From assembly GCA_031409655.1 (NCBI GenBank), contig JANNXQ010000273.1, positions 1 to 64,000 of the forward strand: 64,000 nucleotides of DNA, read 5' to 3'. The position numbers and the translations under genes were made by a program. The stretch comes from Chthoniobacteraceae bacterium. GTDB lineage: Bacteria > Verrucomicrobiota > Verrucomicrobiia > Chthoniobacterales > Chthoniobacteraceae. The notes under the pieces are model-generated. The model was not told where the DNA came from, searched no databases, and saw nothing but the letters and a program-made list of their open reading frames with translations. This document shows, piece after piece, positions 1 to 9,734 of the stretch. Within the stretch, counting starts at the first letter, position 1. Each line of letters opens with the position of its first letter.

Positions 1-274
1 TGGCTGCGTCCGCCCATCACTAGCGCGACCGCATTTTCCTTAAACTGCCGGTCGTAACGCCGACCGGATTTCGTGCTGTGTTCTGACATGGCTTTGCCTT
101 TCGTCTTGGAAAGCCCTGTCCGCAAAATCGAAGACACTCCAACCCCTTTGGAGTTGGCGCATCCTTTGATCGGTGACTCAGGGTTGCTCGTGCCTCGCAA
201 CCCTGGGCTGGAAGACTAAACGCCGTTGGCGTTTCTTGCCGAAGGTATCTTGCAGGAAACTGAGATGCGTCCTG

Positions 275-1066
275 ATGTTCTCGCTGGTGATCCTCGCGCT
301 GGCGGTGTGTGCCAGCAGTCTTCACGCGATTGACTTCCCGGTTCAGGGCACCGGGGCCAGTGGACGACCGGGTGATCGAGTCTATGTCGAGCTGATTTAC
401 AACTACGGTGCGAGTTTCGGTGTCATCGCCGAAGATCTGCAGTTCGAGTACCAGTTCGCCAACATGACCTTCGTGCCCGCCGCGTCCACGATCGATGTCT
501 TCGGCAATCAGAACCTGCTCCAGTACGCCACCACCTTGGGACAGTTTGCGCTGGCCCACCAAGGCAGCGTCCTGGTCAACCTGAATGCCCCAGGATCGAC
601 GCCCGACCTGAAGGGCTATGCCTTGTCGTTCTTCACCGCAGATGGCATCCCGCAGGTCCGCAGCGGCATTGTCCGCCTCGTCTTGGCGTTCGATATTCTG
701 GCTGCTGCACCGCTGGGAGTGAACCGGGTTTCCTTCACGAGCGGGAACCTGCTGGTCGATCAAGCCGAAACCGAGCTCCGCTACCCAACTGCGCTGCAGA
801 ACCTCAATGTGACAGTCACAGACGTGAAGATCGAATTCGCCGGGGCTCCCACTTTAACGAGCAATCAATTCCGAACTGATTTCCGGGTCACCAATTTTCG
901 CGCGGGGATGAGTTTTCTCTTACAAAAGAAGTCCGATCTGCGTGACGTCGCATGGGCGACTGACAGTGGCGCCAGCTTGAGTGTCTTGGTGGCCAATTCA
1001 GTCTTCCGCTTCACCAACCCGACCGGGGGAGGGTCCAAGGGCTTTTACCGAGTCATACAACAATAA
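275..1066 (+). CDS. Secreted protein with cohesin-like N-terminal domain and Verrucomicrobia-type C-terminal module ending GFYRVIQQ
   Basis: ATG 275 gives a signal peptide (MFSLVILALAVCASSLHA). Beta-rich pattern G-x-P-G-D-x-V-x-V...LQFEY...LAFDI is cohesin-like. The ORF track start at 173 is probably too far upstream. Confidence 0.6.
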   Translation: MFSLVILALAVCASSLHAIDFPVQGTGASGRPGDRVYVELIYNYGASFGVIAEDLQFEYQFANMTFVPAASTIDVFGNQNLLQYATTLGQFALAHQGSVLVNLNAPGSTPDLKGYALSFFTADGIPQVRSGIVRLVLAFDILAAAPLGVNRVSFTSGNLLVDQAETELRYPTALQNLNVTVTDVKIEFAGAPTLTSNQFRTDFRVTNFRAGMSFLLQKKSDLRDVAWATDSGASLSVLVANSVFRFTNPTGGGSKGFYRVIQQ

Positions 1067-1316
1067 GACGCTGCAGCAGGATGGCCCGGTGCTCATCCGC
1101 AGAAAGCAACTGCGAAGTCTGCTCCTGGCCACTGATACCTTGACGGTGGCCGCACCCGAGCCGGCGCCCAGCGCGCTGCTCACGGTTGGTGGGGCCGTGT
1201 CATCGACCCGCCGCCGCGTGCGGGTCCGAACGCGCCGTGAAAGTGAAACCCGGAATCGTACGTGACATTTTGCCCTTCCCGACGGAAGAAACGGACCAGT
1301 AGGTCCGCCCATAATC

Positions 1317-1676
1317 ATGCCCGCCGAATCCCGCTTTCAAAAACTCGTCGCCGACGCCAAGTCGCGCATCGCCGAGATCTCGCCGACCGACGCAGCAGCC
1401 CACGCGAAGAGCGGCGCGCTGCTGCTCGATGTGCGCGAGTTGCACGAGTATGCCGCCGGCCACGCGACCGCCGCCCAACATCTTAGCCGCGGCCTGCTCG
1501 AACTCGAGATCGAAGAGAAAGCACCCGACGCCGCGACGCCGATTCTCTGCATGTGCGGCGGCGGCAGTCGCTCGGCGCTGGCGGCGGATAATCTGCAGAA
1601 GATGGGCTACACGCAGGTGAAGTCCGTAGCCGGAGGACTGCGCGCCTGGAAGGAAGCTGGGCTGCCGACCAAGTAG
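1317..1676 (+). CDS. Single-domain rhodanese / sulfurtransferase
   Basis: LLDVRE..E...GH motif, active-site loop CGGGSRS, C-terminal GGLRAW. Confidence 0.9.
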   Translation: MPAESRFQKLVADAKSRIAEISPTDAAAHAKSGALLLDVRELHEYAAGHATAAQHLSRGLLELEIEEKAPDAATPILCMCGGGSRSALAADNLQKMGYTQVKSVAGGLRAWKEAGLPTK

Positions 1677-1678
1677 CC

Positions 1679-1863
1679 GCGGTGCGCACGCGCCGTTTGG
1701 CGTTTGATGTTTAGCGTTTGAAGTTTGGCGTTTCTTCGCGCGGCCATTACTCGCGGGTGAACGGCGACTTGGAGGTCGGAACGTCGATCCCGCGCCTCGA
1801 CCGTCCAAACTTCAAACTCCAAACGCCAAACGCCAAATGTAAAAGCACTCCGCGCCGCACCGC
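1679..1863. repeat. Heptamer inverted-repeat element (GTTTGGC-type x5 ... CAAACGC-type x4)
   Basis: 1695-1733 GTTTGGC GTTTGAT GTTTAGC GTTTGAA GTTTGGC GTTT; 1806-1838 CAAACTT CAAACTC CAAACGC CAAACGC CAAAT; outer arms GCGGTGCG (1679-1686) / CGCACCGC (1856-1863). Confidence 0.85.
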
Positions 1864-1906
1864 CGTGCTTGCCGGGAAGCTTCGCCTCTGACACCCTCAC
1901 GCCCTC

Positions 1907-4093
1907 GTGAAGCTCTCCCCCCTGCTCTGCGTCCTTCTCCTCAGCCTCCGCGTTGGCGCCGCGGAAATCCCCCGAACTCAGCCGCCCGGCACGCTGCCGG
2001 ATGATCCGCGACTCGGGCTGCTGAAGGAACTCGACGGTTACTTCCCCTTCACGCCAGCATCGTCGCGCGAGGCGTGGGCGGTGCGCGCGGAGCAGGTGCG
2101 CATGCAGATGCGCGTGGCTCTCGGGCTTTGGCCGGAGCCGACTCGCACGCCGCTCAATGCGGTGATCCACGGGCGCATCGAGCAGGAGGATTACACCGTC
2201 GAGAAGGTCTTCTTCGAGTCGATGCCCGGGCTCTTCGTGACGGGGAATATTTATCGGCCAAAAGGAAAGACCGGTCCCTTCCCGGCGGTGCTCTGTCCGC
2301 ACGGGCACTGGAATGATGCGCGCTTTGCCCTGCGCAGCGATGCGGAGATGAAAAAAGAACTCGAGAGCGGCGGCGAAAAGCTCCCGGAGAGCAATCGCAG
2401 CATGTTCCAATCGATCGGCGTGCAGCTGGCGCGCATGGGCATCGTCGCCTTTGTCTATGACATGCTCGGCTACTGCGACAGCCAGCAGCTCAGCTTCGAA
2501 CTCGCGCACAAATTTGCGAAGCAGCGGCCCGAGATGAACACCCGCGAGTATTGGGGACTCTTCAGCCCACAGGCCGAGGCGCACGCGCAGGGCATCATGG
2601 GGCTGCAGACTTGGAACTCGATGCGCGCGCTGGATTTTCTGACCGCGCTGCCCGATGTGGATGTGACGCGTCTCGGCTGCACTGGCGCGAGCGGCGGCGG
2701 CACCCAGACGCAGATGCTCGCGGCGCTCGATCCGCGCCTCGCCGTGGCGTGTCCGGCGGTGATGCCTTCGACGGCGATGCAGGGCGGCTGCACTTGCGAA
2801 AATGCGAGCCTGCTCCGCGTCGGCACGGGGAATATCGAATTCGCCGCGCTCTTCGCGCCGAAGGCGCAAGGCCTGACGGCGGCGAATGACTGGACGAAGG
2901 AGCTCGCGACGAAAGGCTTCCCCGAACTGAAAAAGCACTACGCGCTGATGGGTGCGCCGGATAACGTCGCGCTCTGGGCGCGGCTCGAATTTGGCCACAA
3001 CTACAACACGCCCACGCGGGAAAAAATCTACGCCTGGTTCAACCAGCACTTCGCCCTCGCTCTGCCGGAGTTGCAGCTCGTCGAGCGGGACTTCCCTCTC
3101 CTCACGCGCGCACAGCTCACCGTCTGGGATGCCGAGCATCCCGCACCGGAAGGTGGCCCGGATTTTGAGCGCAAGCTGCTCCGCTGGTGGCACGACGATG
3201 CTGAGAAGCAGCTCGCGAGTTCAGCGGCAGACTTCACCAAAATCGCAGCGGCGGGATGGTCGGCGCTGATCGGCCCTTTGAGCCACAGTCCGGCGAAGAT
3301 CACGAACGAGCGCCCACTTGAGCTTCAAGGAAAGGAGCGGAGTTATCGCGCTTCCTTGCATACTCGCGAGGCCACGGATCACAGTTCCGCACTGCCGGAG
3401 ATCATCATCGAGCCGCCGATGTTTGGTGGTGTCACGGTGCTTTGGCTGAGCGAATTGGGGAAGGCGGGGCTTTTCAAGCCAGACGGCAGCCTCCGCTCGG
3501 AGACTCTCCTCTTACTCGAGGCCGGCATCCGCGTCGTCGGTGTGGATCTCATCGGCCAGGGCGAATTCCTCGCCGACGGCAAGCCGGTCTTCGAAACCCG
3601 CAAGTCGAAGAATCCGCGCGAGGCCGCCTGTTTTACCTTCGGCTACAATCCGTCGCTCTTTGCCCAGCGCGTCCGCGATGTCTGCACCGTCCTGCGCGGA
3701 CTCCAGGCGGAAAATCATAGTTCGGTCCGCTCGCTCGTCGCCTTGGATGGCACCGGCCCCATCGCCGCTGCCGCCCTCGCCGTCTTTCCCGGCGTCGAGG
3801 CGGCCGCCATCGAGACGGGCGGCTTTCGCTTCGGAGATGGGCTGGCGCTCCACTCGCCAAATTTCCTCCCCGCTGCGGCGAAATATGGCGATCTCCCCGG
3901 CGCGCTCGCCGTCGCAGCGCGCGATCCGCGACAGGCCCCACGACTCATCCTCCTCGGTGAAGGCCCCACCTTGCCACCCGTCGTTGAGACCGCCTATCGC
4001 GCGATCGGTCGTCCCGCGCTGGCCAAGGCCACGGATAAGCGCATGGGTGCCTCTGGCCTGACTGGTTGGCTGCTCAAGAGCCGCAAGCCGTAG
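1907..4093 (+). CDS. Secreted acetylxylan esterase-like alpha/beta hydrolase (two-domain)
   Basis: Signal peptide; PAVLCPHGH; nucleophile elbow GASGGG; GGCTCEN; GHNYN. The second half is a degenerate hydrolase fold. Confidence 0.8.
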   Translation: MKLSPLLCVLLLSLRVGAAEIPRTQPPGTLPDDPRLGLLKELDGYFPFTPASSREAWAVRAEQVRMQMRVALGLWPEPTRTPLNAVIHGRIEQEDYTVEKVFFESMPGLFVTGNIYRPKGKTGPFPAVLCPHGHWNDARFALRSDAEMKKELESGGEKLPESNRSMFQSIGVQLARMGIVAFVYDMLGYCDSQQLSFELAHKFAKQRPEMNTREYWGLFSPQAEAHAQGIMGLQTWNSMRALDFLTALPDVDVTRLGCTGASGGGTQTQMLAALDPRLAVACPAVMPSTAMQGGCTCENASLLRVGTGNIEFAALFAPKAQGLTAANDWTKELATKGFPELKKHYALMGAPDNVALWARLEFGHNYNTPTREKIYAWFNQHFALALPELQLVERDFPLLTRAQLTVWDAEHPAPEGGPDFERKLLRWWHDDAEKQLASSAADFTKIAAAGWSALIGPLSHSPAKITNERPLELQGKERSYRASLHTREATDHSSALPEIIIEPPMFGGVTVLWLSELGKAGLFKPDGSLRSETLLLLEAGIRVVGVDLIGQGEFLADGKPVFETRKSKNPREAACFTFGYNPSLFAQRVRDVCTVLRGLQAENHSSVRSLVALDGTGPIAAAALAVFPGVEAAAIETGGFRFGDGLALHSPNFLPAAAKYGDLPGALAVAARDPRQAPRLILLGEGPTLPPVVETAYRAIGRPALAKATDKRMGASGLTGWLLKSRKP

Positions 4094-4140
4094 GCCCGCC
4101 AAGTCCACGTCTTCCCCCGCAAACGCCCCACGTTCCGCGT

Positions 4141-4169
4141 TTGCCAAGCGCCCGCCCGCCTCCTAGGCT
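4141..4169 (+). promoter_or_regulatory. Candidate sigma70 promoter of ilvD
   Basis: TTGCCA-17 nt-TAGGCT, 13 nt upstream of ATG 4183. Confidence 0.45.
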
Positions 4170-4182
4170 CGCCGCCCCTTTT

Positions 4183-5952
4183 ATGACCCCACCCAAACCC
4201 AGCGCCACCAAGAAAGCCGCCAACGGAAAATCACTCCACCGCAAATGGTCGCATGAAGTGGTCGATGGCCAGGAGCGCTCTGCCAGTCGGGCGATGCTGC
4301 ACGCCGTGGGATTTGCACGGGAGGATTTTAAGAAATCGCAGGTCGGCATCGCCAGCACCTGGTCCATGGTCACGCCGTGCAATATGCACATCGACCAACT
4401 CGCGCGCCAAGCCGAGGCCGGGGTGAACGCGGTGGGTGGCAAAGCGGTGATCTTCGGCACGATCACCATCTCCGACGGCATCTCGATGGGCACCGAAGGG
4501 ATGAAATATTCGCTCGTCTCACGCGAGGTCATCGCAGATTCCATCGAGACCGTCGTGGGCTGCGAAGGCTTCGACGGACTCGTCGCCATCGGCGGCTGCG
4601 ACAAAAACATGCCCGGTTGCATCATCGCCATGGCGCGGCTCAATCGCCCGAGCGTCTTCGTCTATGGCGGCACCATCCTCCCCGGCTGCATCACCGGCGT
4701 CCTCGCGGAGAAGCGGCTGCGCAAGGATCGCGTGGAAAAGTTTGCGGGCCGCAATCTCGACATCGTCTCGTGCTTCGAGGCTGTCGGTCAGTTGGCCAAT
4801 CATGAGATCGACGAACGCGAACTCGCGCTCATCGAGGAAACCGCCATCCCCGGCGCGGGCTCCTGCGGCGGCATGTACACGGCCAATACCATGGCCAGCG
4901 CCATCGAAGCGCTAGGGATGTCGCTTCCGAATAGCTCCGCGCAAAACGCGGTCTCGCGGGAAAAGGCCCTCGACGCCCGCGCTGCCGGCAACGCCGTCAT
5001 CGAACTCATCAAGCGCGGCATCCGTCCGCGCGACATCATGACGAAGAAGGCCTTCGAAAACGCCATCACCGTCGTCATCGCCCTCGGTGGCTCGACGAAT
5101 GCCGTCCTGCACCTCCTCGCCATGGCCCACGCCACGGGCATCGATATCGCCCTCGAAGATTTCACCCGCATCGGAAAACGAGTACCCGTGCTCGCCGACC
5201 TCAAACCCAGCGGACGCTTCCTTATGAGCGAACTCGTCGCCATCGGCGGCCAGACCCCGCTCATGAAGATGCTCCTCGATAAAGGCCTGCTCCACGGCGG
5301 CGTGATGACCGTCACCGGCAAGACGCTGGCCGAGAATCTGAAGCGCGTGAAGCCCTACCCGAAAGGCCAGGAAATCATCCGCGGCTTTGACAACCCGATC
5401 AAAAAAGACAGCCACCTCGTCATCCTCCACGGCAACCTCGCCCCTGGCGGCGCCGTCGCGAAGATCTCCGGCAAGGAAGGCCTCATCTTCACCGGCAAGG
5501 CCATCGTCTTTGAAAATGAACAGACCGCTCTCGCCGCGATCCTCAATGGCACGGTGAAAAAAGGCCACGTCATCGTCATCCGCCACGAAGGCCCCGTCGG
5601 CGGCCCCGGCATGCGCGAGATGCTCAGCCCCACCAGCGCCGTCATGGGCAAAGGCCTCGGCAAAGAAGTCGCGCTGATCACTGACGGACGCTTCAGCGGC
5701 GGCTCGCACGGTTTCGTCGTCGGTCACATCACTCCCGAAGCCGCCCTCGGCGGCCCGCTCGCCATCGTCCGGAATGGCGACATCATCACCATCGACGCCA
5801 ACAAGCGCGCGCTCACCCTCGGCCTTCCCGAAGCCGACATCGCCGCCCGGCTCAAAAAGTGGAAACAGCCCGCGCCGCTGTATACCCGCGGCGTCCTCGC
5901 GAAGTACGCCAAACAAGTGAGCACCGCCAGCCGCGGCGCCGTCACCGACTGA
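4183..5952 (+). CDS. ilvD: Dihydroxy-acid dehydratase
   Basis: TPCNMH, SDGISMGTEGM, GGCDKNMPG, GSCGGMYTANTM, GGSTNAVLHL, GPGMREML, TDGRFSG motifs. Confidence 0.97.
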   Translation: MTPPKPSATKKAANGKSLHRKWSHEVVDGQERSASRAMLHAVGFAREDFKKSQVGIASTWSMVTPCNMHIDQLARQAEAGVNAVGGKAVIFGTITISDGISMGTEGMKYSLVSREVIADSIETVVGCEGFDGLVAIGGCDKNMPGCIIAMARLNRPSVFVYGGTILPGCITGVLAEKRLRKDRVEKFAGRNLDIVSCFEAVGQLANHEIDERELALIEETAIPGAGSCGGMYTANTMASAIEALGMSLPNSSAQNAVSREKALDARAAGNAVIELIKRGIRPRDIMTKKAFENAITVVIALGGSTNAVLHLLAMAHATGIDIALEDFTRIGKRVPVLADLKPSGRFLMSELVAIGGQTPLMKMLLDKGLLHGGVMTVTGKTLAENLKRVKPYPKGQEIIRGFDNPIKKDSHLVILHGNLAPGGAVAKISGKEGLIFTGKAIVFENEQTALAAILNGTVKKGHVIVIRHEGPVGGPGMREMLSPTSAVMGKGLGKEVALITDGRFSGGSHGFVVGHITPEAALGGPLAIVRNGDIITIDANKRALTLGLPEADIAARLKKWKQPAPLYTRGVLAKYAKQVSTASRGAVTD

Positions 5953-6164
5953 GGCCATCCACATTGGCGATTTCCACGATGCTTCGACCCCGCATCGGAT
6001 CACGACGCCATTTGGCCCCCGATTCCCGCCACTTTTTTCGGTCATCTGCCGTCCGCTTTTGTTCCGGCAATGATTCCGTTTTGTGCCGTCCCCGACACCT
6101 TCGGCTGATTTTCTTGCCACAGTCAGAGCCGACAGCATAGTAGTCTCCTCCTTGCAGCCCGTCT

Positions 6165-6238
6165 GCACCCGTAGCTCAACTGGATAGAGCGTTGGCCTCC
6201 GAAGCCAAAGGTTGTGGGTTCGACCCCCGCCGGGTGCA
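6165..6238 (+). tRNA. tRNA-Arg(CCG)
   Basis: Acceptor GCACCCG/CGGGTGC, D-arm GCTC/GAGC, anticodon arm TTGGC-CT CCG AA-GCCAA, T-loop GTTCGAC; CCA not encoded. Confidence 0.95.
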
Positions 6239-6297
6239 CTGTTTTCGGCGTGCCCCCCGCGAAGTCCCGCGGCATCTATGGCGGATAAACGAGAAGC

Positions 6298-7056
6298 CTA
6301 AGTCTTAACGGATGCGGCGCGTTCGGCGAATTGCTCGGCCCAACGCTGGTTCAAGTCGTCGCCCTGCTTCTTCAGTTCGCGCGGGCGAAACTGCGTGCCG
6401 ACAGGAATCCCGATGTCGAGGAATCGGAGGATCGCGACCGCCGTATCTTCGAAGTTCGCAACGAGGTCTTCGTAGGTGATCTCAAACGGGCTGATCGCCG
6501 CGTTTGCGAAGAAACCCTTCCACGCGCTTTCAAACGCCCGCAGGTCTTCCTGGCAGCGCCGGATAAGTTCGAAATCAAAAGCCGGCTCAGCCTGCGCGGT
6601 CCTGGAGTCCTGCTGCTTGGATGTCCACAACTGGGTCTGAATGGCCCGCGCCAGCGAAACAGCCTGAGCCAGGGAATCCCGACGCGTGATGTGAATGTAA
6701 CGGAGCCCGGGGAAAACATCGGCCAGAAGTCCACCTAAGGAACCTTGATGGGTCGAGTAGCGCGGCGTGCTGCGCAAACGGCGTTCAAAATCCAGGAGAA
6801 AATCCCACATCGACTTGAAGCCAAATACGCCGTTTGCGGTCGCAGACGACGCGATGAGACCATGAACGTAGGCCACGTAGTCGCGCTCGACGGGAAGTTG
6901 GTACTTCTCGGCCCATTTGCGCTCGTTATCCGCCCAGAAATACTGATGCGGACGTCCGGCGAGCTTGGTGTTTTTAAGTGCTTCGCAAAGCAGGTTACTC
7001 CCACTTCGAGGGGTGGAACAAACGAGATAGGAACGGGTGATTTTTTTCAGCAGCAT
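6298..7056 (-). CDS. Stf0-family sulfotransferase
   Basis: YLVCSTPRSGSNLL PAPS-binding loop, NGVFGFK, RRDSLAQAVSLARA, ITYEDL; ATG 7056 chosen as start. Confidence 0.85.
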   Translation of the reverse strand: MLLKKITRSYLVCSTPRSGSNLLCEALKNTKLAGRPHQYFWADNERKWAEKYQLPVERDYVAYVHGLIASSATANGVFGFKSMWDFLLDFERRLRSTPRYSTHQGSLGGLLADVFPGLRYIHITRRDSLAQAVSLARAIQTQLWTSKQQDSRTAQAEPAFDFELIRRCQEDLRAFESAWKGFFANAAISPFEITYEDLVANFEDTAVAILRFLDIGIPVGTQFRPRELKKQGDDLNQRWAEQFAERAASVKT

Positions 7057-7229
7057 GGACGTGTCATTAAAAAACCATCGAAGCCCGCTGGATCGCAAAC
7101 GAATAACACGGCGCCATAGACGACAGACGATTGGCAGTGTTCTGAGCGTTCTGCAAAAACCGGGACAAGGCCGGAGGAGGAGGAACGTGGCGCGTCATCA
7201 GAACCAGGAACGAAGTTCGGAAAGTTGGG

Positions 7230-9734
7230 TCACTTGCCGCGCTGCGCGAGCATTCGCTTCGCTTCTTCGACACTCAACTTCTTGGCAGGGAGCGGCCAGT
7301 CGAGGGTGTCGCCATTCGGAGTGAAGCCGCCGCCGTCGATGTCCACGAAGATGGGATTGTGGTAAGCGAAGGGCTTGATTTTCGCCTGGCTGCTGGTGCC
7401 GTAGCCGAGGCTGAGGTCGCTCTGCTCACCGGCGGCGACAGCGATGAGGTGAGCGTCTTCGCTGAGGGGAATATCGAGGGTGCGATCAAATTTCACGACG
7501 CCCGCGGCAAAGAAGTCGGGATGCGATTTGCGGGTGAAGTTGAGGTCTGCCCGGGGGCGGCCGTTGACGAGGATTTGCACGCGGTCGATGTCGAGCCAGT
7601 CGGTGCATTGCACGCGCACGTGCAGTTTCACGCCAGAGGTGGCGCGGGTGGTGTCGCCGGGTCCGGTACCGTCGTCGGTCCGCACGGTGAGAAAGGGACC
7701 GGTCGTGAGGATGGAGTGGCCCGCCTTGGCGTGACGGCTATTTTCGCGCCAGTCGATCTCCGGCGGTTCATCGCTGCGGCTCGGCAGATACATGCGCCAG
7801 GCGCCGACCCCGTTTCCATAGACGCTGTGGGCATCGTTCACGGCCATGGCCGCGTAGCGGTGGCCGCGATTGAGGAGTTGGAGCCAGATGAATTCGCGCA
7901 CGAACTGCACGCTCTCCTTACCATCGCGATCTTTGCCGAGACGGATGGCACTGCCACTGAGCAACTCGCTCGCCTGGTAGTTCTGCGTCTCGATCCCATC
8001 GATCAAAGTGGCGAGACCTTGGAAACCGCCGTCGAGGCGCCCGTCGCCATCGCGGTCGGTGAAATTGTCCAACATGTCGGGGTGATTGATCTGCACCCAA
8101 CGATCGGGCTCGGCACCCTGCCAGTCGCGCAGAGTGATGGCGGTGATGCGCGGGTCTTTGTTCCAGACGGGTGCGCCGCCGTCCTGCGTGCGCGGCTCGG
8201 GGGCAAAGGGGAAGGAATTGAAGTGCGCGCCTGAGCCGGTGAGTTCCATGCCGGGCACGCTCTGGAGGAATGGCGTGAGGCCGAGGCGCTGAATGTGCGG
8301 TTGCCAGTCGTAGAGCCGATTGTGCTCGGTGGTGGGCGCAAACTCGATGTGCTCGGCGGCAAGATTCGCAAGGCGGTCGTCGGTGCCGCAGGTATTGTCG
8401 CCGCTGGGGGTGGAGTGATTGTGGTAATCGGCGCTCACCCACCCGGTGGTGTCCACAAGGCGTTTCAGCGTGGCGGCGAAAGGCGCGGCCTGCGTCGCGG
8501 CGAGCGTGATCTCGCGGGCCGAGTGCGCATACTCAATCCCGCGCGTGACGATGACGCGGTAACGACCCGGCGGCAGTGGCACGCGGAATTTCCCCGTTTC
8601 GGAATGCCACTGATCGACGCAGCCGTGCGCGCGGTTTTCGGGGCCGAGATTTACGGCTTCCGCGCCATCGAGCGCATAGAACTGCGCCTTGCACGGCAGC
8701 GAGCGTCCGGCCTCGTCGCGGATGTCAAAGTCGATCGCGGAAACCACCGGCATCGCCGCGTCGAGGCTCTGCGTCTGACCCGCCTGCACCGTGACTTTGC
8801 GGGTGCTGCTCTCACGGCCTGTATCTTCAAAGGAGATCTCATATTCCCCCGCCTGCGCGGCAAAGGAATAGCGGCCCTGGGCGTCCGGATAGCCAATGCC
8901 GATGGCGCGGGAAAATTCACCGACTGGCCGCACCGCGATCTGCGCGGAAGTGATGGGCGCGCCCGCGGTATCGCGCAGATTCCCCGCGACTCGCCCGACC
9001 GGGCCTCGCCGTTCGGCGACAACGCCGAAGGCCTCGAGCGGCGACATCCCGACGGCGAGAAAGCGCGAGAAACTCAGCTCTTCGCCGGGCTTGAGTTCGA
9101 GGGACGCCGCGGGCGCCGCACCATTCACCGGCCCGTAGGCGTAGCCGCCCTTGTCCGCCGGATCGATCGCATCGGCCCAGAAGATGCCGAGCGCCGTGCC
9201 GGTGCGTTTGAAGTTGGTCCACTTGTCCGTCGTTGCCGCTTTGATCGGCGAGGCGGATTCGTTTTTGAAAGTGGTGGTGACGAGCACGCCCTGCCAACCG
9301 TCGCGCAGGCGATATTCATGGCGTCGCGAAAGCCCCCCTCCAACCGCTCCCGTGGTCACCGTTTCGACGACCGCTTCCCCATCCCCACCGCCCTTCGCGA
9401 CCCGCACCCACGAAACCGCACCCTGCTGTCCCGCCGGCCCGAAGATCGTGATCTGATCATTATTGGCGGCGCGCAGGCTGAGATCGTAAAGGCAGCCTGG
9501 CGTGATCCCCGTGGCACCATAGAAGGTGCTCATATTCGCGCGGCGCAACGGCAGATTGCCGGAGACCACGGCGACGACCTTGTCGTTCCGGAGCACGAAG
9601 TCGCCGATGATGCCGTCGGCTTCCTTGCCGCCCGGGAGCATCGCCACATCGCCAGGACCGACTTCGAGTGCCTGGGGTGTAGCATGTGCGCCCACGGCGA
9701 GGGCAGGGAGGAGGAAAAAGCGGGGGATGCTCAT
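7230..9734 (-). CDS. Secreted CehA/McbA-like PHP-fold metallohydrolase with carboxypeptidase-regulatory-like domains
   Basis: SADYHNHS, TEHN, GMELT...HFN, INHP, NDAH metal ligands; signal-peptide-like N-terminus from ATG 9734. Confidence 0.8.
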   Translation of the reverse strand: MSIPRFFLLPALAVGAHATPQALEVGPGDVAMLPGGKEADGIIGDFVLRNDKVVAVVSGNLPLRRANMSTFYGATGITPGCLYDLSLRAANNDQITIFGPAGQQGAVSWVRVAKGGGDGEAVVETVTTGAVGGGLSRRHEYRLRDGWQGVLVTTTFKNESASPIKAATTDKWTNFKRTGTALGIFWADAIDPADKGGYAYGPVNGAAPAASLELKPGEELSFSRFLAVGMSPLEAFGVVAERRGPVGRVAGNLRDTAGAPITSAQIAVRPVGEFSRAIGIGYPDAQGRYSFAAQAGEYEISFEDTGRESSTRKVTVQAGQTQSLDAAMPVVSAIDFDIRDEAGRSLPCKAQFYALDGAEAVNLGPENRAHGCVDQWHSETGKFRVPLPPGRYRVIVTRGIEYAHSAREITLAATQAAPFAATLKRLVDTTGWVSADYHNHSTPSGDNTCGTDDRLANLAAEHIEFAPTTEHNRLYDWQPHIQRLGLTPFLQSVPGMELTGSGAHFNSFPFAPEPRTQDGGAPVWNKDPRITAITLRDWQGAEPDRWVQINHPDMLDNFTDRDGDGRLDGGFQGLATLIDGIETQNYQASELLSGSAIRLGKDRDGKESVQFVREFIWLQLLNRGHRYAAMAVNDAHSVYGNGVGAWRMYLPSRSDEPPEIDWRENSRHAKAGHSILTTGPFLTVRTDDGTGPGDTTRATSGVKLHVRVQCTDWLDIDRVQILVNGRPRADLNFTRKSHPDFFAAGVVKFDRTLDIPLSEDAHLIAVAAGEQSDLSLGYGTSSQAKIKPFAYHNPIFVDIDGGGFTPNGDTLDWPLPAKKLSVEEAKRMLAQRGK

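Noticed and set aside
1695..1838. Heptamer arrays as CRISPR repeats
   Set aside because: 7-bp tandem units without unique spacers; no cas genes.
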